Positions 1 through 8,510 of a DNA stretch of 64,000 nucleotides are shown here, one piece after another; positions within the stretch are counted from its first letter, which is position 1, and the number at the start of each line of letters is the position of its first letter. The position numbers were made by a program, and so were the translations under genes. Origin of the DNA: a virus. The stretch is taken from IMG/VR virus record IMGVR_UViG_3300026875_000002. One strand, given 5' to 3'. The notes beneath the pieces are model-generated. The model was not told the DNA's origin. It ran no database searches and was given only the letters and a program-made list of their open reading frames with translations.

Positions 1-405
1 ATGATACTAAATGATTTTTTAGGGGATTCTAATAGAATTAATATTTTAGAATCCTTTTTAGATAATGAAGGTTACAGTTTAACTCTTGAGGATGTTAGAC
101 ATATTAGTGAAGTTTCAAATCCATCATCTGATTTAACTATTTTAGTAAAAATAGGAATACTCTCTGAACGAAATGGAGAATACGAATTAAACCTAAAAGA
201 TAAGCGTGTTATTTATTTAAGTTTAATTGATAATGAAGAATATTCTAGGAAACTTAAAGAAATGGATAAAACGGGAATTTTTAATGAAGTAAAAACATTC
301 TCTTCTGATATAAAATATATTGAACAAAATTCAGGGGACAAAGCTACGTTCACGTATTCAGAAGAAGAATCATCTATTAAATCATGTGAATTAGTGAGTA
401 CATAG
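1..405 (+). CDS. Winged-helix DNA-binding protein (putative)
   Basis: N-terminal wHTH-like pattern (ILESFL..LTLEDVRHISEVS..LTILVKIGIL..NGEYEL); RBS-like GGAG seen upstream in copy 2. Confidence 0.55.
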   Translation: MILNDFLGDSNRINILESFLDNEGYSLTLEDVRHISEVSNPSSDLTILVKIGILSERNGEYELNLKDKRVIYLSLIDNEEYSRKLKEMDKTGIFNEVKTFSSDIKYIEQNSGDKATFTYSEEESSIKSCELVST

Positions 406-425
406 TATTATTGATGTGATAAAAA

Positions 426-698
426 ATGAATAAAAATGTTACTAAAGATATAAATTATGATCAATTTCCTGATGTGGACGATGAATTAGAACAAAAATAC
501 GTGAATGGTGGAGGAGTGTTATCTACTCCAAATGAAATCCACTTGATTTTATTATCTAATCGTATTATTCCTGGAAAACCATTAAGTATCTCAAGAAAAG
601 CAGAAATGGATATTATTTTAACACCGGAAACTGCTGAACAAATTGGTCAATTATTAATTTCTGAAGCTCAAAAATATAAAAAATCATCTAAAAATTAG
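426..698 (+). CDS. DUF3467-like small protein
   Basis: Y-V-N-G..STPNEIHLIL..IILTPETAEQIGQLL resembles the DUF3467 pattern as recalled. Confidence 0.5.
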   Translation: MNKNVTKDINYDQFPDVDDELEQKYVNGGGVLSTPNEIHLILLSNRIIPGKPLSISRKAEMDIILTPETAEQIGQLLISEAQKYKKSSKN

Positions 699-707
699 GA
701 GGATTAA

Positions 708-1007
708 ATGTCAAATGAAGAAGAATTTTCTGAATATGAAAAGAAAGTTCTGATAATTTTGGGTGGTTTGAATATTTCAAAAAATCGTAATGTTCAAAGA
801 CAAACAATTTTGAAACGTGTTCCTAATAAAATTCATAAGGAATGTAATAAAGCTATTGAGGATTTAATTCGTAAAGGGTATATTGGATATTATAGACGTC
901 CGGATAATTTGATGGTTTCTCAAAAAGGTCGAAAAGTTACTCATGATTTAAAAGATGAGGATAATAAAAAGAAATATGGTGATTTACGTATTTTATTGAT
1001 ATTTTAA
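708..1007 (+). CDS. Small basic winged-helix-like protein
   Basis: RBS AGGAGG; EKKVLIIL..AIEDLIRKGYI..VSQKGR wHTH-like pattern. Confidence 0.5.
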   Translation: MSNEEEFSEYEKKVLIILGGLNISKNRNVQRQTILKRVPNKIHKECNKAIEDLIRKGYIGYYRRPDNLMVSQKGRKVTHDLKDEDNKKKYGDLRILLIF

Positions 1008-1144
1008 TTATATAAATTATGATATTTACATTAAAAGATGATTATGAAAAATGTACCATCACAATAAAAAAATAATAATATAAGTAAATCAAATTATTCA
1101 ATTTTTTAAAAAGCAATTGATGATAAAAAAGGGGGGTATTCCTA

Positions 1145-2317
1145 ATGACATCAGAAATATTAATAATGACACCTAACGCGATTGCAATGGCAGCAGATAG
1201 TGTAGTTACAGTAAGTAATAAAAAAACATATGAAGGAGTAAATAAATTATTCATGCTTTCTAATAATCCTCCTGTAGGAATTATGATTTATAATAATGCA
1301 AACTTTTTTAACTTTCCAATGGAAACAATAATTAAAGATTTTCGAGAAAAACAAGGAGAACCATGTAAAACTGTTAATGAATTTAAAGCAAAATTTGAAA
1401 AATATTTAACTAATATATGTGAATCTAATATTCATCTTTTTCCTATAGATATAAAAGATGAAATTGATTATTTTATAAGAGATTTTAAAGAAGAAATGCA
1501 AAAAAATAAGAATATATTACATAATTGTAATTATGAAAAAAATACATTTGATTTAAATAAATACACAAAAAACGTTAATACTATTAATTTTAATAGTTAC
1601 TTTGACGAACAAGTAAGAGACTTTGTAAATAACTCAGATGAAATCATATTATTAAAAAAAATATTTTTTGAAAATAAAATAAATACCCAATTTACCGGTG
1701 TAGTTATTTCTGGATTTAATCAAAAGGATTTATTTCCTTCTTCAATAAGTTTTAAGATTATACCTATAGATAGCTCATTTATTATAGATCATGTTGAAGA
1801 AAACTCTGTTAATAGAGAAACAAGTGTTGTTTTAACACCATTTGCACAAATTGATACAATAACCAACTTTTTAAATGGTATTGATGAGTCTACTGCTTTT
1901 CAAATAATTAATTATTTCAATAAAGTTATTGGAGATTATTCTGATAGATTAATACAAGTTATTAATAGTAGTACTCAGGTTAATTCAGGAAAATCACTTA
2001 AATTAAATGAAATAACTGATGAAAAAAATAAAATATGTAATGATTTTTGCATGTTTATAGATAAATTGAAAGAAGAAAATTATAAGCCTATCATTAAATC
2101 AATGGCATCATTACCTAAAGAAGAATTAGCAAATTTAGCAGAATCATTGATTAATATTACATCTATGAAATTAAAAGTTCAAGATAATCTTGAAACTGTT
2201 GGAGGCGATGTAGATGTTGCATTAATTACTAAAGGTGATGGTTTTATATGGACTAAACGTAAACATTACTTTGATTCAGAGTTAAATCCTCAATTTTTTA
2301 GTAGGCATAATTATTAA
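1145..2317 (+). CDS. Proteasome-beta-like Ntn-hydrolase with large helical insertion
   Basis: N-terminal M-T-S-E..AADS, downstream NKLF lysine, C-terminal GGDVDVALITKGDGF matching proteasome beta termini. Confidence 0.6.
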   Translation: MTSEILIMTPNAIAMAADSVVTVSNKKTYEGVNKLFMLSNNPPVGIMIYNNANFFNFPMETIIKDFREKQGEPCKTVNEFKAKFEKYLTNICESNIHLFPIDIKDEIDYFIRDFKEEMQKNKNILHNCNYEKNTFDLNKYTKNVNTINFNSYFDEQVRDFVNNSDEIILLKKIFFENKINTQFTGVVISGFNQKDLFPSSISFKIIPIDSSFIIDHVEENSVNRETSVVLTPFAQIDTITNFLNGIDESTAFQIINYFNKVIGDYSDRLIQVINSSTQVNSGKSLKLNEITDEKNKICNDFCMFIDKLKEENYKPIIKSMASLPKEELANLAESLINITSMKLKVQDNLETVGGDVDVALITKGDGFIWTKRKHYFDSELNPQFFSRHNY

Positions 2318-2365
2318 TAGAATAAATAAAATATATATTCTTAATAGGATGCTGAAGATGATACT

Positions 2366-2608
2366 ATGACTAAATGGATGGAAAAAAATGAAGCTATGAA
2401 GGTGGGAAATCTTCCCGTAAATTTTGGGGAAATTCAAGCAAAGAAGTCTATGGAATCATTAAATAATATTATTGATGATATATTACAGGGAGATCAAGAA
2501 GACTCTGATGATTCATATCAGTTTAATGAATCTTTTATAAAAACCATAAAGGATAGGGAAAAACAAAAATCTATTGAAATCACTGATTTAAATCAATTAT
2601 TTGAATGA
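2366..2608 (+). CDS. Antitoxin (RelB-type, by position)
   Basis: Acidic 80-aa ORF directly upstream of RelE-like gene; C-terminal IEITDLNQLFE. Confidence 0.6.
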   Translation: MTKWMEKNEAMKVGNLPVNFGEIQAKKSMESLNNIIDDILQGDQEDSDDSYQFNESFIKTIKDREKQKSIEITDLNQLFE

Positions 2609-2617
2609 TATGATATA

Positions 2618-2884
2618 ATGTATAGAACAACGTTTAAAGAAGGTTTTTTAGAGGATACTAAGAAGATTAAAGATAAAAAATCTCAGGAAAATCTTAAAAA
2701 GAAAATTGAAGAAATTGCAACTATTTTGGAGTTTAGTCCTAATCATTTTAAACCTCTGAAAAAACCTTTGCAGGGGTATTCTCGTGTTCATGTTAATGAT
2801 TCATTTGTGTTGATTTTTAGAGTTTATTCTGATGATAAGACTGTTGATTTTGTTAAGTATGCTCATCATGATGAAGCATATTGA
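2618..2884 (+). CDS. relE: RelE/ParE-family toxin (mRNA interferase-like)
   Basis: TTFKEGFLEDTKK..KPLKKPLQGYSRVHVNDSFVLIFRV..VKYAHHDEAY is the RelE/StbE pattern. Confidence 0.85.
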   Translation: MYRTTFKEGFLEDTKKIKDKKSQENLKKKIEEIATILEFSPNHFKPLKKPLQGYSRVHVNDSFVLIFRVYSDDKTVDFVKYAHHDEAY

Positions 2885-2951
2885 TTTACTTATTTTTTTT
2901 TTAATTATTTTATTATTATATATAATATAATATAATATAATCTAATCTAAT

Positions 2952-3260
2952 TTACACTTGAAATTATACTATATGTTTTATTTCTAGTATAACACCTTCC
3001 CGCGAATATAGGGGCACCCCTAATGTACATCATGTACATCGTTCCTTCGAAACAACCATATATTCTTTAAAAAGACAATTAAAATGGCAAGAGAGTATAT
3101 TTTAATTAAATAAGATGTATATTATCATTAAATTATGTATAATCTATTTAAATTTATATTTAATATTTGGATGTACATGATGTACATCTATAAGAAGGGT
3201 ATTTTTTGGAAAAATAAACTTACATTTGAAATAAAACATGTAGTAATATTACAAGTGTAA
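2952..3260. promoter_or_regulatory. Candidate replication origin with three mini-ORB-like motifs and an AT-rich core
   Basis: TTACACTTGAAAT 2952-2964, TTACATTTGAAAT 3220-3232, reverse TTACACTTGTAAT 3248-3260. Confidence 0.5.
3023..3187. repeat. 18-bp perfect inverted repeat flanking 129 bp
   Basis: ATGTACATCATGTACATC 3023-3040 and its reverse complement 3170-3187. Confidence 0.9.
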
Positions 3261-3275
3261 ATAAATCAAAACATT

Positions 3276-3322
3276 TATATAGTACTTCTTTTATATTCTA
3301 ATATAGTACTATATAGTACTAT
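3276..3322. promoter_or_regulatory. Repeated ATAGTACT(AT) palindromic operator-like sites upstream of AbrB-like gene
   Basis: TATATAGTACT near 3276 and ATATAGTACTATATAGTACTAT 3301-3322, abutting the TTG start. Confidence 0.5.
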
Positions 3323-3511
3323 TTGAATTTAAAGGAAGTGAAAAAAATTGAAATAAAGAAAACAAGTACGACTATGAAAATTAATAAAACATCTAATGCT
3401 TTAAGAACAAATATACCAGTAGATATACAAAAACAAATGAATTTAACAGAAAAAGATTTGATTTTATGGCATTATGATGGAAAAGATGTTAGAGTGAAAA
3501 AAGTAGAATAA
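3323..3511 (+). CDS. AbrB/SpoVT-type transcription regulator
   Basis: SNALRTNIPVDIQKQMNLTEKDLILWHYDGKDVRVKKV swapped-hairpin signature; TTG start. Confidence 0.8.
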   Translation: MNLKEVKKIEIKKTSTTMKINKTSNALRTNIPVDIQKQMNLTEKDLILWHYDGKDVRVKKVE

Positions 3512-3656
3512 ACTAACAACTTCCAAATTACAAGTTTATTCTACTATTGATACATTAAAATAGCAAAAAACTATAGTAATGTAATTACTATTTTTATTAA
3601 TTACATTACTTATAATTTTTTACTTATTTTTTGATGTGTCCATTAGGAGGCATATT

Positions 3657-3998
3657 ATGTCTTTAAAACAGTGTCGATTAAATATGGAAGCAGATTTGTG
3701 GAACAAGTTTTCTGAAGTATGTCGAAATGAGAATACGAACTTCTCTGAAAAAGTCAGAGAACTCATCACCAATTATATTAACACGAATACAGAGGAAACC
3801 GTGGACCTCAGTGAAGTCTACGACCTCATAGATAGGATCGTCCAAAGGAGTGGTCATATCTCTGTAGAATGTATACAAAGAAACACCACCACAGGACAAG
3901 AACAAGCAGTACTCAAGTACTGCAAACAAAAAAATTACCCAATCGTATCCGAGAAATGGTACGAGGAAGGACGCGCGCACAAATGGGAAAACTGGTAA
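3657..3998 (+). CDS. Ribbon-helix-helix protein
   Basis: RBS AGGAGG before ATG 3657; CRLNMEADLWNKFSEVC..FSEKVRELITNY RHH pattern. Confidence 0.65.
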   Translation: MSLKQCRLNMEADLWNKFSEVCRNENTNFSEKVRELITNYINTNTEETVDLSEVYDLIDRIVQRSGHISVECIQRNTTTGQEQAVLKYCKQKNYPIVSEKWYEEGRAHKWENW

Positions 3999-4033
3999 CC
4001 ACAAATTGAATTGAATTATAGAAGGGGAGACTC

Positions 4034-4540
4034 ATGAATGAATGGAACGAATTCAAAAAAGAAATAACCACCAACATAAAAAAACTACAAAAAAAATACA
4101 ACCAGGAGGGCAACACAGAAATAAACACCCTCCTAAGAAAACTACAAAGACAAAAAAACTACAAAGAAATAAACACACTACGAAGAGAACTATACACACA
4201 AATAGACAAACACATTACACCCGAAATACACCTAATATGCAGTGTCAACCGTAAAACCAAAGATGGAATAATCTACGAATCAATAAACCCACAAATAATA
4301 GAAGACATCACAGACAAAAAAATCAGAGAACTAATAGAATATCAAAGACAATACTGCCACGATGAACGCTACAACATAGAATTCATCATGGAAAAAGGCA
4401 TACTAAACAATAGTCAATATGGATCATACACAACCATAGAAAAAAGAGACTGTACTCAGTATGTTATGGGATTACTGGAAAACCTAGAATTCCATACAGC
4501 ATATGAACAATACACCCAGCAAGGAGTTGCACAAGAATGA
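4034..4540 (+). CDS. Hypothetical protein
   Basis: 168-aa ORF with RBS AAGGGGAG; stop overlaps next start. Confidence 0.75.
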   Translation: MNEWNEFKKEITTNIKKLQKKYNQEGNTEINTLLRKLQRQKNYKEINTLRRELYTQIDKHITPEIHLICSVNRKTKDGIIYESINPQIIEDITDKKIRELIEYQRQYCHDERYNIEFIMEKGILNNSQYGSYTTIEKRDCTQYVMGLLENLEFHTAYEQYTQQGVAQE

Positions 4541-4653
4541 AAAACCTAGACAGATGGAGTACTAGTATGAAGTTAGAAGAAAAATTAATCTTTAAAATAT
4601 TAAGAAAACTAAAATTACTTGACCAGAGGGATATTAATACATTCTTCAACTAA
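4537..4653 (+). CDS. Small hypothetical protein (38 aa)
   Basis: ATGA overlap with upstream stop; below ORF-track cutoff. Confidence 0.4.
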   Translation: MKNLDRWSTSMKLEEKLIFKILRKLKLLDQRDINTFFN

Positions 4654-4671
4654 ACTAAAGGGAGAGGTATT

Positions 4672-4830
4672 ATGTATAGTAAATTAGTTGAATTAAATAA
4701 AATTCGGACAGCTATACTCTATGGAGAAGTAAACTATGAATATTACACATACTGGCTACATAAGTATGGTAAATATTATACTAAAAAAGAATTAAAAGAA
4801 TTAGAAAAATTATACAGGAAGTGGGAATAA
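4672..4830 (+). CDS. Small hypothetical protein (52 aa)
   Basis: RBS GGGAGAGG; TAATG coupling to next gene. Confidence 0.55.
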   Translation: MYSKLVELNKIRTAILYGEVNYEYYTYWLHKYGKYYTKKELKELEKLYRKWE

Positions 4831-5054
4831 TGAATACAAAAACAATATACAATGCATTATTACGAAACTATAAAGACTTTTTAGAAGTATATCATGCTAT
4901 AGAAAAGGAAATAGACAAATATGAGAAAAAAGATTCCGATAAATATCATGAGGATATTTATCACCTTAACGCTCAACATTACCTATTAAACCCGTTAAAA
5001 AAGGAGTATCAGAAAATACTTCAAGAATTCAAGGAAAGCTACGAGGTGGAATAA
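4830..5054 (+). CDS. Hypothetical protein
   Basis: TAATG-coupled start and end. Confidence 0.65.
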   Translation: MNTKTIYNALLRNYKDFLEVYHAIEKEIDKYEKKDSDKYHEDIYHLNAQHYLLNPLKKEYQKILQEFKESYEVE

Positions 5055-5152
5055 TGAAGGGGGATGATGCAGTATTCATAGTAGGACTACTTGCCCTGTT
5101 CATCTGTCTATATATAGTGTCAAGGTATCATGCCCTTGCGTTTTGGTGGTGA
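5054..5152 (+). CDS. Small membrane peptide (32 aa)
   Basis: MKGDDAVFIVGLLALFICLYIVSRYHALAFWW; RBS GAGGTG; coupled start. Confidence 0.5.
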   Translation: MKGDDAVFIVGLLALFICLYIVSRYHALAFWW

Positions 5153-5156
5153 TATT

Positions 5157-5594
5157 ATGATGGATTACAGTGTGTATATACTCGACTATGAGGAGGAAAC
5201 GGGCAAGATCATACCTAGCCGGCAGCGTGTGATGCGTTTTCTCAACTTCGTGCAGACAAAGAATGTTCCCATAACAGAGTGGATCAATACATTCTATGAG
5301 TATCAGGATTTATTTTTGGATAAATTAAGTCCAAAATCAAAAATAGTATACAGAAGTAATATCATTAGATTCATAAAATACACCATGGAACACTTTCACG
5401 GAAAGCAGGAAAGTGTTATACAAGCACATGACCACGGGGAAAACACGATATTAAAAAGTGTACTTGAGAAAGAGAAACAAGAGAAACAATCCCTGTCGAA
5501 AATTGGTGAAGTTACAAGTAAACCTATACGAAAAGATGAAAAAAGGAAGAAGAAGCATACTACGAGGATAGTGAATCATTGGAGGTACATATAA
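5157..5594 (+). CDS. Hypothetical protein (weak similarity to integrase SAM-like helices)
   Basis: RBS GGTGGTGA; LSPKSKIVYRSNIIRFIKY segment. Confidence 0.6.
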   Translation: MMDYSVYILDYEEETGKIIPSRQRVMRFLNFVQTKNVPITEWINTFYEYQDLFLDKLSPKSKIVYRSNIIRFIKYTMEHFHGKQESVIQAHDHGENTILKSVLEKEKQEKQSLSKIGEVTSKPIRKDEKRKKKHTTRIVNHWRYI

Positions 5595-5962
5595 TGATAA
5601 CACACGAAGGATTAATGAAGATTTATAAACAAGAAATGGGACGAGCAAAATTGGCGGAAGTCCCATCAACATTCTATGAGGACTGCCGAGATATTATACG
5701 TAGAACCACTGAGGCCTATAAGAAAACATTAAATCCCCTCCAAAGAAGGTTAATCAATAATTACACGAATATCATAGCACAAATACAAACCAGAAGATAT
5801 GAAAAAATAGTTTATGCTGCACTAAATGAAAAAACGTTACAATATATGGTAGGAAGTGAAAAAAACCTCTACCATGACATAAAGAAATTTAATGAGAATA
5901 AAGAGAATATAACAGAAGGAGAAGAAAATGATACAAAATTCAACATACACTACAGCAGATAA
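5594..5962 (+). CDS. GINS-family (Gins15/51 A-domain-like) protein
   Basis: LMKIYKQE..KLAEVPSTFYED..IQTRRYEKIV..EKNLY matches the archaeal GINS helical domain; RBS GGAGG. Confidence 0.65.
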   Translation: MITHEGLMKIYKQEMGRAKLAEVPSTFYEDCRDIIRRTTEAYKKTLNPLQRRLINNYTNIIAQIQTRRYEKIVYAALNEKTLQYMVGSEKNLYHDIKKFNENKENITEGEENDTKFNIHYSR

Positions 5963-6692
5963 AATACACAATGAATCTCACATATATAAGAAGATTCAAA
6001 GAGGAAAAAAGTATTTCCTCAACTCCAAAGTAAAACAATCTGGAAGAAACAACTTCCAGAAATACAACTACTTTGAACTAGGAGATATAGAACCAATACT
6101 CCTAGACTTCTGTGAAAAAGAAAACATCACTACTCGTTTTAACTTCACGCGTAGTGAAGCACTCCTTATCATACGAGATGAGGAAACAGGGGAAGAAGTA
6201 TACTATAGTATACCATTACCCGTAGTTGAAACAAAAGATCCCAGAAAAGCAATGCAAGAAATTGGGTCTTTACAGACATATGCTATGAGGTACTTGTACC
6301 TCCAAGCATTTGAAATAGTAATAAATGATTCAATTGATGTACAAGATAATACCCATAAACATCCTGAAAAGAATACCACCAATAAAACAAGAAATACTAC
6401 TCCATTAAAAAGTAGTATTCCAAAACAACATAATAATATAACAAGAAACGCAAACACAAGTAACAATACCCAGAAAGTAAGAGATGACAATGAAATAAGC
6501 AGAACAGAATTAGAATATGCAATCAAGAACCTCCAAAAAGAACTCAAAAAGGAGGGTTTGACACGTGAACCTGAATTTGTCATAAATCGTGCTGTGCAGA
6601 AGTATGGTAAAGATAGTGACATGACCCGCGGGATAAGGAAACTCTACAAAAAAGTAGAGAATAATTATGATAAAAAATATGTGACATATTAG
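5928..6692 (+). CDS. ERF-family ssDNA-annealing protein
   Basis: KQSGRNNFQKYNYFELGDI and GSLQTYAMRYLYLQAF..D motifs. Confidence 0.85.
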   Translation: MIQNSTYTTADKIHNESHIYKKIQRGKKYFLNSKVKQSGRNNFQKYNYFELGDIEPILLDFCEKENITTRFNFTRSEALLIIRDEETGEEVYYSIPLPVVETKDPRKAMQEIGSLQTYAMRYLYLQAFEIVINDSIDVQDNTHKHPEKNTTNKTRNTTPLKSSIPKQHNNITRNANTSNNTQKVRDDNEISRTELEYAIKNLQKELKKEGLTREPEFVINRAVQKYGKDSDMTRGIRKLYKKVENNYDKKYVTY

Positions 6693-6704
6693 GAAAGGGT
6701 ATTC

Positions 6705-6718
6705 TAAAAGCGTTACAT
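6705..6718 (+). promoter_or_regulatory. Conserved upstream motif TAAAAGCGTTACAT (copy 1)
   Basis: Exact copy at 56034-56047; one-mismatch copy at 7858-7871; core CGTTACAT at 8960-8967. Confidence 0.6.
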
Positions 6719-6765
6719 GTATTATAGAATAAATAAAGAAGAGTAGGAACCATGGGGTGATAATC

Positions 6766-7152
6766 ATGGTACAAACAGTATTCATAATACAAAATAATAA
6801 AATAAACGGAGTACAAAAGATAGAAGCACCAAAGAAAAAAGTTAAAATAATTTATAAACAAAAAAGATGTCATTACTCTGGATGTAATAACCGTTTTACA
6901 CCAAGGGCACCACACCAACTCTACTGCTCAGATGAGTGTAGGTACTATAGTGATATAGACCATACACTCGAAAGAGTACGGAAATTCCGAAAGAAATATG
7001 GAAATGTTCTTCGAGAATTACCAGGATATGTGGGTATGTCTCTTGGTACAGGAAAACTTGGAGAACATAGATGTGATAGTATGGAAGAGGAGAAACGGAA
7101 GATACAACAAGAGATAAGAGCACTCGGCCTTACTTCTGTTGTATCTTATTAA
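6766..7152 (+). CDS. Zn-finger protein (C-x4-C..YCSDECR)
   Basis: Cys pattern; paralog of 8228-8491; RBS GGGGTGA. Confidence 0.7.
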   Translation: MVQTVFIIQNNKINGVQKIEAPKKKVKIIYKQKRCHYSGCNNRFTPRAPHQLYCSDECRYYSDIDHTLERVRKFRKKYGNVLRELPGYVGMSLGTGKLGEHRCDSMEEEKRKIQQEIRALGLTSVVSY

Positions 7153-7232
7153 ACTCTTTTATTTTTATGAGAATATAAAAATACATAATAAAACAATAAC
7201 TTACTATATGTAAAAATTAAGGAGGGACTAAC

Positions 7233-7811
7233 ATGATACATATAGAAACAAGAAGTGTGTTATTTGTAAGAGGATATAGTGATGAGTTATTTAAATATCA
7301 GTATACTTCAAAAGAAAAAATGATTCTAGAAGATGACTCATATATTACACGACGAATAGACTCTACAAATCCTAGTGGAACATGGAATTACTATAATAAA
7401 AACAATAAATTCATAAGAAAAATACCAATAGAGGAATATCCATTTAAAGGAGTAATACCCGAGAATGGAGATGAAGAAGATGATCAATATGGAGTAATAT
7501 ATTTTGCAGATGTAGACATAACCCTAAAGGATTTTAAAAAAGAAAAATTAGACATAACCATGCTTAAAAAAGTACAAGAAAAAATAAATAAACAAATTAC
7601 TCTTTCAAACTTAGAAAAAGGTTTGAAAATATTCTTCTTAAAAACCATTGAAGAAGGAGAAAAAGGATGGTGCCCTAATGATCGTTGGTTACCTTGTACT
7701 ATTTGTAGTTTATTTAACGATCTTGACAAGACTAATGCAAGGATTAATGATAAATTTTGGGATTATTTAATGAATAATCTTGACACAATCTATGAATTAT
7801 CTCAATCATGA
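7233..7811 (+). CDS. Hypothetical protein
   Basis: 192-aa ORF with RBS AGGAGGG. Confidence 0.8.
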   Translation: MIHIETRSVLFVRGYSDELFKYQYTSKEKMILEDDSYITRRIDSTNPSGTWNYYNKNNKFIRKIPIEEYPFKGVIPENGDEEDDQYGVIYFADVDITLKDFKKEKLDITMLKKVQEKINKQITLSNLEKGLKIFFLKTIEEGEKGWCPNDRWLPCTICSLFNDLDKTNARINDKFWDYLMNNLDTIYELSQS

Positions 7812-7961
7812 ATGAAAAATATATTTTTCTCCCATCCTTCAACAATTTTCTTTTTTTTAAAATCGTTACATGTAGAGTGATGGGAGATAGTTAATCATAA
7901 TGTATGGTTATCTTAAAAGCGGTAATAGTATAGAAATAGAAATGAAAACTTGGAATCAAAA

Positions 7962-8336
7962 ATGAAAATATACAACAAACCCGGAAGAGAACACAACACA
8001 AACAATGAAGAACCCATGAAAAAAGGAATAACAAAAGTAGACAATGGATACACAATACGACACACAATCAACGGAAAGACATACTACTATGGATGCTACA
8101 AAACACTAGAAGAAGCAACAAAGATAAATCATAAACTACTCACAACAGTAAAAGACATAAAACTATACAGCACACAACACACAAAATTACACGGAAAAAA
8201 ATACAAACAAAAAATAATAAGAGAATTATGTGGAAAAAAAGAAAACACAAATGTAAATGGTGCGGAAAAACATACTACCGCAGACAAAAAAACACACAAT
8301 ACTGCAGTGAAGAATGCAGAAAACAAGGAACATTAG
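7962..8336 (+). CDS. AP2-like DNA-binding protein (3' part overlaps next ORF)
   Basis: GITKVDNGYTIRHTINGKTYYYGCYKTLEEA is AP2-like. Confidence 0.6.
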   Translation: MKIYNKPGREHNTNNEEPMKKGITKVDNGYTIRHTINGKTYYYGCYKTLEEATKINHKLLTTVKDIKLYSTQHTKLHGKKYKQKIIRELCGKKENTNVNGAEKHTTADKKTHNTAVKNAENKEH

Positions 8337-8491
8337 AAAAAAACCGAAAACGTGTAGAAAAATACAGAAAAAAATATCCACAACAACAAGTAGGAACAAG
8401 CAACATAAGCCAACACAGAAACAAGGAAAATGATAATAACAAAGAACAAAACATCATAGAAAAAGAGAAAAGAAGAATTCATATCAAATAA
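8228..8491 (+). CDS. Zn-finger protein (CKWC..YCSEECR), possibly fused to upstream ORF by -1 shift
   Basis: Cys pattern; paralogous to 6766-7152. Confidence 0.7.
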   Translation: MWKKRKHKCKWCGKTYYRRQKNTQYCSEECRKQGTLEKNRKRVEKYRKKYPQQQVGTSNISQHRNKENDNNKEQNIIEKEKRRIHIK

Positions 8492-8510
8492 AATTACTAC
8501 ACTTTATACA

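Larger units (their letters stand above)
1..6243 (+). repeat. Direct repeat copy 1 (matches 57758-64000); implies a 57,757-bp unit genome
   Basis: All ORFs recur with identical translations at offset +57757; sequence matches wherever compared; window starts exactly at an ATG. Confidence 0.97.
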
